From the NCBI GenBank assembly GCA_951406725.2, contig OX597823.1, positions 54,064,001-54,128,000 of the forward strand: 64,000 nucleotides of DNA. The letters run 5' to 3'. A program made the position numbers and the translations under genes. This document shows positions 54,240 through 64,000 of this stretch, piece after piece. The notes beneath the pieces were generated by a model, which did no database searches, was not told where the DNA came from, and saw only the letters and a list, made by a program, of their open reading frames with translations. Position 1 is the stretch's first letter; the number at the start of each line of letters is the position of its first letter. Source of the stretch: Octopus vulgaris (Eukaryota).

Positions 54240-55040
54240 AATGCGTGGCTATGTGGTAAGAAGTTTGCTTCCCAACCGCATGGCTTTGAGTTCGATCTAC
54301 GTGGCACTTTGGGTAAGTGTTTTCTACTACAGTCTCAGGCAGATCAAGTCTTGTAAGTGGATTTGGTGGACGGAATCTGAAAGAAGCTCGTGTATGTGTA
54401 TTCGTGTGTGCGTATATGTGTGTGTGTATGTGTGTGTGTGTATTTGTGTGTATGTGTGTGTGTGTGTATAAATATATATGTGTGCATGTGTACATATGTG
54501 GTGGTACCGAGAAGTCCCTGGCTTCAAGGGTGTCGCGAAAGGCTTGGTTGGAGGCCCAACCTTTCGAGTTCTTTACAGCGCTTAGAAAAACTGAAGGACT
54601 ACTGCAATAAATGTGTGAATCTGAGAGGGGAATATGCTGAATAAAATCGTAATTAGCTGATCCTCCTGTATTTTCTTTTATCCAAAGCCAAAAACTTCCC
54701 AGCACCAATTTGTATATGTGTGCGTATGTGTATGTGCTCCTGTATTTGTGTTTCTCCCCACCCTCACCACTTGGCAACCGGTGTTGGCTTGTTTACCGCC
54801 CGCAACGTAGCGGTTCACAAAAGGAACCGATAAATAAGTACCAGACTTTTAAAAAATAAGTCTTGGAGGTCGATTTGTTGGACTAAACTCTTGAAGGTAA
54901 TGCATCCCCACCGCCACCAGAATGTGGTATGAAGCTTGTTTCCTAACCACATGGTTCCGAATTCAGTCCCACCGTATGGGTCCTTGGGTAAATGTCTTCT
55001 ACTATAGCTTCGGGTCGACTAAGGTTTTGTGAGTGGAGGG
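54240..55040 (+). mobile_element. OR-like SINE(s), interrupted by a mariner MITE
   Basis: GTGGCTATGTGGTAAGAAG head. GCGGTTC..AATAAGTACCAG body resumes after 54710. Confidence 0.65.
54499..54708. mobile_element. mariner-derived MITE
   Basis: Inverted ends GGTGGTACCGAGAAGTCCCTGGC / GCCAAAAACTTCCCAGCACC. Interior encodes the ..CVNLRGEYAE transposase C-terminus. Confidence 0.65.
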
Positions 55041-55715
55041 ATTCTATCTTCTCTGTAATTCTGAACTATTTTCTATTCTTTTTTTCTAAAATCCTCTTGT
55101 AAGCACGGTTATAGAGCGTGCATAGCGATGTAAACATTGGAAGAAACACACCTTTAGTTCATATAAGTGATATCTATCATTAATTTTCTTCTTACATTTC
55201 ACATTCACTAGGTATATCTTTTTCTAAATCTATATGGTTTTATTTAATATACATATAGTTATATACTTCTCATTTATTTAGTTTTTCTTTCCTTTATCTC
55301 TCCTCTTTCTATAGGCTACCTTTGACGTTATATCCTGTAAGGTTTTTTTGAAACAATATTAATAGCGTTCAGTTAATCACTATACATATCCATCATTTTC
55401 TGTTAAAATGTCTTATTGATGAGTTTCATTTCTTCATTTCCCTGAAGAGAAGATTACATTGTTTTACACCATTTTATTCCTTTGGAATAATACCAGTGAT
55501 GTGTTCAAAACATGTAAAAGAATTTGAATAACACCTGCGTTTAACTCCATTTATTTATTTATATATATTATACAAAATATTTCACGTAAAGCCGAAGTTT
55601 CTACCTTTAAAAACAAGGGGTTACAACCTTTTTACTTGTGTGATTTTTTGCTACCCTGGTAACTGTTTATATATATATATTTCCGTGTTAATTCTTAACA
55701 AGAGAAAATACACAC

Positions 55716-55914
<199 letters not shown>

Positions 55915-56289
55915 GTGTGTGTGTCTTTGTGTCTGTGTTTGTCACCTACCATCGCCTGACAGCCGCAACTTAGTAATTCGGTAAAAGGGACTGATCGAAT
56001 AAGTACCAAGCTTAAAAAAAATAAGCACTAGGGTCGATTTGCTCAACTAAAAACCGCAGTCTAATGTCTGAAAGAAGTAAAAAAATAAACGATGAAAGAT
56101 ATATCACGTCATTAAGAATGAAATATCCGATTTTCTTATGCACCAAGTTTGGCAGTCGTTAACTCTAATGTTTTACTCTGACAATTCTTTGTTTTACAAC
56201 ATTGATGAGTTACATCATTACTTTTCGAAATGCAATCATGGTGTCTGATTATATTGTGAGTTTTCTCTTGTAAATCAATTTTTGTGAAC

Positions 56290-56880
56290 CCATGGGTAGA
56301 TAAAAAAAAATCGTGTTGTTTATGAATATGAGTTCCGTCGTGGAACCAATGCATCCCAGACAGCTCAAAATATCAATGAAGTGTTTGGTGAAGATGTGGC
56401 GAATGAGTGCATTGTACGTCGATGGTTAGAGAAATTCCGGTCTGGTGACTTTGCTCTTGAAAATCAGTCCCGTGGTAGACCTGAGACCAAGGTGGATAAT
56501 GATGAGATGGAAACTAATGGAAGCGGATACATCTCAAACTACGCGAGAATTAGCAGCAAGGTTTGATGTTTCGGTTCTAACTGTATTGGACCATCTGAAA
56601 CAAATCGGCAAAGTAAAGAAGCTTGAATACACGAACAGAACGAATATCAAATGTTACGTTGTTTTCAAACTTGCTGTTCTTTGCTGTAACGGCATAAAAG
56701 CGAACCATTTTTGCATCGTATTGTTACATGTAATGTAAAATGGATTCTTTTCAACAATAGCAAGTGTTCTGCTGGGTGATTGGATAGAGAAGTGCCAAGA
56801 CACAATCCCCAAAATAATATTCACCAAAAGAAAGCTAATGGTGTCTGTTTGGTAGTTCAGCGCTAGTGTCATCAACTGGC
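56290..56880 (+). mobile_element. mariner transposase N-terminal remnant
   Basis: NINEVFGEDVANECIVRRWLEKFRSGDFALENQSRGRP, TTRELAARFDVS..HLKQIGKVKKL and KLMVSVW. Confidence 0.85.
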
Positions 56881-57026
56881 AAAAAATTGTCAGCAGAAGT
56901 GTGCTCAGGAGTCATGACCTGGATGCAGCCTGACCACCTGAGTTAAGGGCTGAAACACTTGCCTAAGGGAGTGTTTCGTCTCTAAGGACCTTATGCTGCT
57001 CAGCTCTCTTGAGAGGAGTTTCTTAC

Positions 57027-57084
<58 letters not shown>

Positions 57085-57088
<4 letters not shown>

Positions 57089-57256
57089 TCTTTATTTTCT
57101 CTCCTGGTTTCTTTCTGTGTTCCTTTCTGTGGAAGAGTGTAGGCTCGAAACGGAAACGTTAAAGACTTTTTCACTTCCCGAGGATTATACTAATACATCT
57201 GTTTGTTGTCTACACCACCTATCTTCGTCTTTTGTTTTTGTTTTTTGAATTCTCCC

Positions 57257-57260
<4 letters not shown>
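57085..57260 (+). mobile_element. solo Penelope pLTR fragment with degenerate hammerhead motif
   Basis: CTGTGGAAGAGTGTAGGCTCGAAACG..GTTAAAGACTTT, related to the pLTRs at 38446 and 40787. Bounded by (TA)n. Confidence 0.6.
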
Positions 57261-57287
<27 letters not shown>

Positions 57288-57660
57288 TATAATTTTATAA
57301 TTTATAACTATGTAAGCAACCATGTTTTATTCTGTTTAAACAAAAAGGTAGTCAAGTGAACTTCCTTAAGATAAAGCCTGTATGTCAATGACTTGTAATA
57401 AAATACAAAAAGTGCACTTAAGAGCAATAAATCATAGTTATGAGATCTCAACCGTTGTCATTCAGTTTTGAACTTATCATAAAGGCTACCAATCTCCCCT
57501 TCTCTAAAGTAAGAAAAAAACAATAACTGATATTTTCATTATAAGGATAAAATCAGGAATTCGATTAACTTTTTTCAAAACTAGCTTATACAGCTGACAG
57601 CATAAGTACTTAAACTCCTGTGTGAACGTCTTCATCCCTGTATCAATCAATTTAACCGTC

Positions 57661-57754
<94 letters not shown>

Positions 57755-58490
57755 GGCGAGCTGGCAGAATTATTATCACGCCGAGAAAAATGCTTGACGG
57801 TATTTCGTCTGCCGTTAAGTTCTGAGTTCAAATTCTGCCAAGGTCGACTTTGCCTTTCATCCTTTCGGGGTCGATAAAGTAAGCACCAGTTACGCACTAG
57901 GGTCGATGTAATCGACTTAATACCTATGTCTGTCCTTGTTTGTTCTCTCTATGTTTAGCCCCTTGTGGGTAATAAAGAAATAGGTATTTCGTCAGCCGTT
58001 ACGTTCTGAGTTCAAATTTCGCCAAGGTCGACTTTGCCTTTCATCTTTTCGGGGTCGATAAAGTAAGCACCAGTTACGCACTGGGGTCGATGTAATCGAC
58101 TTAATACCTATGTCTGTCCTTGTTTGTTCTCTCTATGTTTAGCCCCTTGTGGGTAATAAAGAAATAGGTATTTCGTCAGCCGTTACGTTCTGAATTCAAA
58201 TTCCGCCAAGGTCGACTTTGCCTTTCATCCTTTCGGGGTCGATAAAGTAAACACCAGTTACGCACTGGGGTCGATGTAATCGACTTAATCCGTTCGTCTG
58301 TCCTTGTTTGTCCCCTCTGTGTTTAGCCCCTTGTGGGTAGTAAAGAAATAGGTATTTCTTCCGACATCACGTTCAAAGTTCAAATGCCACCGAAGTCAAG
58401 TTTGATTTCAACCTTTCGGGATCCATAAAATAAGTATCGGTTGAAAACTGGAGTCGATGTAATCGACTTCCGCTTCCGTGCCAACATTTG
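57755..58490 (+). mobile_element. Nin-domain SINE array: old head, three 184-bp young units, old body
   Basis: Units start at GGTATTTC at 57799, 57983, 58167 and 58351. The first three end with the Tx1-like tail GCCCCTTGTGGGTA(A/G)TAAAGAAATA. The fourth is diverged and lacks that tail. Confidence 0.9.
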
Positions 58491-58743
58491 AAACCACGCA
58501 TATATATATATTGTGGCACTCCATCGGTTACGACGACAAGGGTTCCAGTTGAGCCGATCAACGGAACAGCCTGCTCGTGAAATTAACGCGCAAGTGACTG
58601 AGCACTCCACAGACACTTGTACCCTTAACGTAGTTCTCGGGGAGATTCAGCGTGACACACAGTGTAACAATGCTGGCCCTTTGAAATACAGGAAATACAA
58701 GAGATGACACAGGAAAAACAATGGTTATGTAATGAACTTCATT

Positions 58744-58824
58744 AGCTTACGGCTGTTTCTGCTGTAATATGCAGTGGTTTCTTAGTTGAATACCTGAATA
58801 ACATCCTATAGCTTTATCGGATGC
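58744..58824 (-). ncRNA. degenerate hammerhead ribozyme motif
   Basis: Minus strand reads CCGATAAAG-CT..(long stem II)..AGCA-GAAA-CAGCCGTA-AGC. Confidence 0.4.
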
Positions 58825-59050
58825 TCGAATATGAAGCGCGATTTATTTAGGAAAAAAGAATTATATTATTGCAATATAACAGGGAAGGCATTACTAGTGA
58901 GAAATTGCGAGGTTACTAGTCTCACAATACCAACACGAAATATGCATGCATGCGTGTGTGTGTGTGTGTGTGTACATACATACATACATACATACATACA
59001 TACATACATACATACATACATACATACATACATACATACATACAAACATA

Positions 59051-59295
59051 CCGTATTTGACGGCATATTAGACGCACTGGCATATTAGACGCACCCTCAT
59101 TTCAGCAGGTCAAATTCAGGAAAAAAAGTTTTAAGTGTATTTAAGCATATATTGTTGAAAGCAGTCTAGCAGCACATTACAAAAGCAGAAAACATTGCTG
59201 TATAAAAGCAAGCATACAAAAGGAAAGCATACAAATTACAATAGTAATCATCTTTAATCATCTTTTTAACCATTCGTATTTTAAAGTAATAATAC

Positions 59296-59371
<76 letters not shown>

Positions 59372-59574
59372 AGCAATAAAATAATGATGCATGAGTACGG
59401 AAAATATCATTAAGGCGTTAGCGTAGGTAGAAATACTTATCGTAAGCTAGGTTAGTGAGCGTCTGGGAGAAGATTAGCCTACGGGAGGGTCTTGACTTCG
59501 CATATTAGACGCAGGGCGATTTTTTGAGCCAAATTTTTTGGAAAAAAGTGCGTCCTATATGCCGTCAAATACGG
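59051..59574. mobile_element. pogo/Tigger-like MITE with TA TSD in (TACA)n
   Basis: TIRs CCGTATTTGACGGCATATTAGACGCAC / GTGCGTCCTATATGCCGTCAAATACGG, each flanked by TA. Confidence 0.88.
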
Positions 59575-60642
59575 TACATACATACATACATACATACATA
59601 CATACATACATACATACATGCACAGGATACGGAAGTTGCGAATGAACTTATGTTTCAACTGGTAGAAGACGAGTGAAAAGGGAATAGAGTCTTTAGACAT
59701 GCATAAAGACGGCAGGGAAAGGTGGTGCGGTCGATGGCCTGAACCTGGCGGGAAAGCGGGTCCACAACTGATTGAGAATACCTTCGATTCAGGAAGAATT
59801 GTCGCATTGCTTGGCATTAAGATTCGAATTCTGAATCAATTGAAAGACGTGACAGATTTAGCATGTTTAGGGTGAGAAGAGTTGTGGGGAAATAGTGGCA
59901 GTCAGTAGGTTTGTAGTGGACTGAAGTAGACAGGTGGATATTGTATATGGTGATGGTGATATCGAGAAAACTGACAGAAGTGTCGGATACGGTAGAAAAA
60001 GATAGTTGTTGCTGTTGTTGTTGTTGTTGTTATTATTGTAGTTGCACAAATGACGTTTTACAAATATTCAATGTCAAATGTTGCTTCTTTATATATCCTG
60101 TAACGCTTCATTTTCATTTACTTTTTAAAGAAAAGAAATAGCAAATTTTTTTCGGAATAAAGTCCACGCCCCTACATGAACGTTCATGATTAAATTTATC
60201 AAAAGTATTTTCGTGATATCGTGATTTAACTGTCTGTTAACTGACAGATAAATTTTCTCTCATGGGAAAAGAAGTGTTTCGTATACTAGACACAATTGCG
60301 TTGTGAAAGATAGGGAAAACTCGATGTAAACGATTTGATATATGAGACAGTTTGGCTTTGCTCTTGAACCAATTTATGATATCGTATATCTGCTGTCTTC
60401 GTGACGTGTCAGAGGGGATTGTATTGCGTTTAGACTTCAGAATGCCCCTCTCTCTTTACAACTATTGGATATCATTTATGTAGACGTGCCTAGATTATTC
60501 GGGAGTGGCCAATGCATTATTAAAAGGTCCTTTTCTAATTAGATTGACTCTGGCAAGTAAGAAAAACAGCATAGACGTAAAATTATGTAATTATAAACAA
60601 AAGTTGCAGTTCATTATTTCAGTCTCTGCTCCAGTCTTGGTG

Positions 60643-60912
60643 TAGTGGTTCCCAACATCTTTTTGCACCACGGACTGGATGATCATGTACTTGACAAAAC
60701 ACAGCAAAGCGCATAATATATAATTCAATTATTACATAGATAATGTATATATATATTACATATATGATAAGTATATAATGCAAAAGCATATCTGCAGCCT
60801 GTAACAGTCAATAAAATAGAAATAGAATTATAAAATTTATTCTTTCTGTACGGCTCGGTACCAAATGATTCGTGACCTAGTACTAATCTGTAGTTGGTGA
60901 TTGGGGACCCCA
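60643..60912. mobile_element. hAT-like MITE
   Basis: Ends TAGTGGTTCCCAAC..CCACGGAC and ..GGTACC..GATTGGGGACCCC. Confidence 0.55.
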
Positions 60913-61213
60913 TCTATAAACTGCCAACATTTCTAATCAGTCAATCTCCAATCCATTTGTGTACTCATGATAAAACTGCATTTGTTAGCAGATCTGCATC
61001 AAGTGATATACTGGTTCGAGCTGTTAAGAACTTTAAGACATCTCATTGGCATTCATCTCTCTCTCTCCCTCCCCCTCTCCCCTCCTCTCTTTCTCTCTTA
61101 TACATGTACAACAATCATTCATAAGAGGTCAAAATTTAGCACAAATAGAAGGCTTTAAAAACTAAATCCAAATCTCACTATGAAAAAGCTCCATTTATTA
61201 TACAATATATAAA

Positions 61214-61430
61214 GGCGGCGAGCTGGCAGAATTGATAGCACAGCGGGAAAAATGCTTAGCGGCATCTATTTCGGCTTTGCGATCTAAGTTCAAATACCAT
61301 CGAGGTCGACTTTACCTTTCATCCTTCGGGATCGATAAAATAAATACCAGTTATGCAGTGAGGTCGATGTATACAACTAGCCCCATCCCACAAAATTTCA
61401 GGCCTTGTTCTTATAGTGAAAAGAATTATA
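61214..61430 (+). mobile_element. Nin-domain SINE, old-tail type
   Basis: Same head and core as 17541, but the 3' end is AAATTTCAGGCCTTGTTCTTATAGTGAAAAG instead of the Tx1-like tail. Confidence 0.75.
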
Positions 61431-62109
61431 CAATACAGATTTCTTTTGACTTAACACAAAACTCCTGATTTAGCATATTGCACTCACGACCGTGATATCG
61501 TGGTTTCAATTCCTGGACCGGGTGGTGCGTTGTGATCTTGAGCAAAACACTTCATCCCACGCTGCTCTGCGATCACTCCGATACCTGACGCGTGGTACAC
61601 AATGCACTTGTTCAGGCAACGTCGATTTGAAAGAGAAAGCGAGCTAATGTACAGCATATACCGTTGGTCATTATAAACAAATCATTTGTGAAGGTTGTTC
61701 GGCAAGAAATTACAGAACCGTCTTTCTCGGATTACGTGAGATTACCATCCACTTTCTTCCTCTACCACTGTTGTTTATCATTTTTGAAATATGAATAAAT
61801 TCTGCCTCTTTATAGGTATATGACGATAGAGTGCCAAGCAGATAAAAAAAAAACACAAAAAAAAACGGACAAACTTCTCTGATATACCGACACACGTCAA
61901 CAAAGACATCTTTATCCATACATTTTCAACTGTTCAGACCAATTTGAAACTGTTCAATAAAAGTTTCATACTTCCTACTTGAGAAAGATTCAAGTGTTAT
62001 ATATTTCATAATTTGATTAACCTTGATATTGGTACTTATTGGTACTTATTCGATCAGTTCCAGACAGGAAAGTGGACAAAGTAACGGGACAAAATAAACA
62101 TTTTTTTTT

Positions 62110-62341
62110 TACTATCTTTTATTTATTTCAGTCGTTGGACTGTGGCCATACTGGTACACCCTCTTGGAGGGCCTACTCGAACAAATCAACACCAGTACAT
62201 ATTCTTTTAAAGTCTGGCACTTATTCTATTGGTCACTTTTGCCGAACCGCTACGTTACGGAGATGTAAACAAACCAACACTGGTTGTCGAGTAGTGGTGG
62301 ACAAACACCACAAACGCGTAGATACATTTACCTACAAGTAT

Positions 62342-62381
<40 letters not shown>

Positions 62382-62530
62382 GTACGCACGCACACACACA
62401 CACACATGCGCGCTCGTATGCAACGGACTTCCACAGATTCCTTCTACCAGGTTCACTTATAAGACATCGATGCTATAGAAGACACTTGCCCAAGATTCCA
62501 TGCAGTGCGATTGAACTCGTAATCACACAA
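62110..62530 (-). mobile_element. OR-like SINE
   Basis: TTTCAGTC..GACTGTGGCCATACTGG, TTTGCCGAACCGCTA and GAAGACACTTGCCCAAG. Confidence 0.7.
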
Positions 62531-62977
62531 ACTGCTTTCAGCTTTCGCATTTCGAAAAGATCATGAAGAAAAAGTTTATAGTTCTCTGATAAGCTAATGC
62601 CTAAAATATGGGCAATGTTGAACTAAGCTAGATTCGACTAAAACCGGCAGAAATCTGCTGTGTCCTGCACAATACACACTTGTAACCACCCAGCAAAAAG
62701 TCAAAGAAAATATGAGAGAATATAACTATAAGAACAATGTTATAATTTCTCAATGAGTACAAAGTCCCCAAAATTTTAAATGAAGACTTTACTGACTTAA
62801 ATTGACCTCAGACTGGAAAAGGAACTTCATTTATCGGCCCAAGCGGGATAAAAAAACAAAGACAATCTTCGGTGGAGTTTGAAATAGCAATGTTTAAAAG
62901 TGTAAAGCGCTTCACGAATTTACGTATTATATATAAGCGTAGAGTCACATTAACTTCTATAATGTTTAAATGCGATA

Positions 62978-63497
62978 CAGTACCGGACAAGCTTCCGGGA
63001 CGCTAGGAACCGGAAGTGTCCCGGATTTCTGAATTTTCTTGTATTCTGGAGATAGTCTAAATATATATTTAAAATATAAAATAAACTAAGGTAAGTAAAG
63101 AGCTAAACTGTATTTAACAAACTGAAATTAATACACTTCTAAAACAGGGTCTGCTAGATAGTTATCATTCCACTTAAAATTCTTTAAATATATCACACTG
63201 TAGTACCATTTACACAGTATAATGTTTATAGGATGAAAATTACTCATTGAAAAGCAGAGAACATGGTTTTATTTAACCAGTACAGGCACGAATTAATATA
63301 ATTTTTAAGAAGAGTATGTTTAATATTTATCAATCTACTTAAAAACAAAACTATTTTAACATACCATGTACAAATTAACCAGTTTTAAAAAAGCAAGGTC
63401 TGTTTACTCAATACAGTATATTGATCAGTATTGCTCAGTATTCTCGGATTTCTGGGAATTCTTGATTTCTAGAAACCCGATAAGAAGTCCAGTACTG
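62978..63497. mobile_element. Tigger/pogo-like MITE
   Basis: TA|CAGTACCGGAC ... GTCCAGTACTG termini with CGGATTTCTG subterminal repeats. Confidence 0.55.
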
Positions 63498-63834
63498 AAT
63501 AATGTTATGCCCAAACGAATGAGTTATCATAGAGACTAGCTGACGTACATTTTCAAGAAGCACGGACAAAGAAACGGAAATAAATCGCAAAGGAGCGTCA
63601 TGTAGTGCTAGTTAAAAACAGATTCACGTCTACGTCAATAGATCAAACAAGCTACTTGGTTTTCTCTTTAAATACACTAGTTTATACGTAAACACTTTAT
63701 GTGTGTTCTGGCGTGAACAATTTTTAAAACACTCACTTCGAAGTGTCCTGCTTTGTCAAATACATACAATGTATGTTCATAAGATATCTTGTTCTTAGTA
63801 GCCTAATTCTAGCAGCATCCACTCTTATCTTTTA

Positions 63835-64000
63835 GGATCTTTTCGGTTTGAACGGCAGTTTTTAAAAATAATTTCCACGTAACTAAACACTTTTAAACTT
63901 CGTATATTGGTAGAATGTGTTTATAAAACATTTTTTCTCTTGGCTTTATTGAGAAAATTCTATAGTTTTTTTCTTCAATTTCTGCAATTTTAAACCAATA
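63835..64000. mobile_element. MITE of the 4781-5196 family (left end, runs off the window)
   Basis: GGATCTTTTCGGTTTGAACGGCAGTTTTT..GGTAGAATGTGTTTATAAAACA..TTCTCTTGGCTTTATTGAGAAAATTCTATAG matches 4781-4960. Confidence 0.85.

Noticed and set aside
57799-58351. Regularly spaced repeats resembling a CRISPR array
   Set aside because: The units are 184-bp SINE bodies with no unique spacers, there are no cas genes, and the context is eukaryotic.
59620-59860. Minus-strand frame resembling a Penelope N-terminal region (..KFIRNFRIL)
   Set aside because: The similarity is too weak to call without a profile search.

Overview
AT-rich, microsatellite-dense eukaryotic (animal) DNA. The SINE, LINE and Penelope repertoire looks like a coleoid cephalopod (Octopus-like); that is an inference from repeat content only. 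I found no convincing host protein-coding gene, rRNA, true tRNA or CRISPR array. The window is essentially a nested transposon graveyard. It holds a near full-length Tx1-clade (L1-group) LINE with a 10-bp TSD, sitting inside a non-autonomous Helitron, and a full-length but mutated R4/Dong RLE-type LINE plus truncated relatives in (TAA)n tracts. There are also Penelope-like elements and palindromes carrying minimal hammerhead-ribozyme motifs, two Gypsy remnants, and RTE and CR1/L2 fragments. DNA transposons include Tc1/mariner/maT remnants, GG-ended 8-bp-TSD (Merlin- or MULE-like) elements and Helitrons. Many tRNA-derived SINEs are present. Three observations stand out. (1) A Nin-domain SINE shares its 3' tail with the Tx1 LINE and forms a 184-bp head-to-tail array inserted at one fixed site inside an older copy of itself, suggesting a SINE/LINE pair with self-targeting. 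(2) An RTE insertion carries an inverted copy of neighbouring target DNA between its TSDs. (3) A cluster of hammerhead-bearing fold-back elements lies at 32-35 kb.
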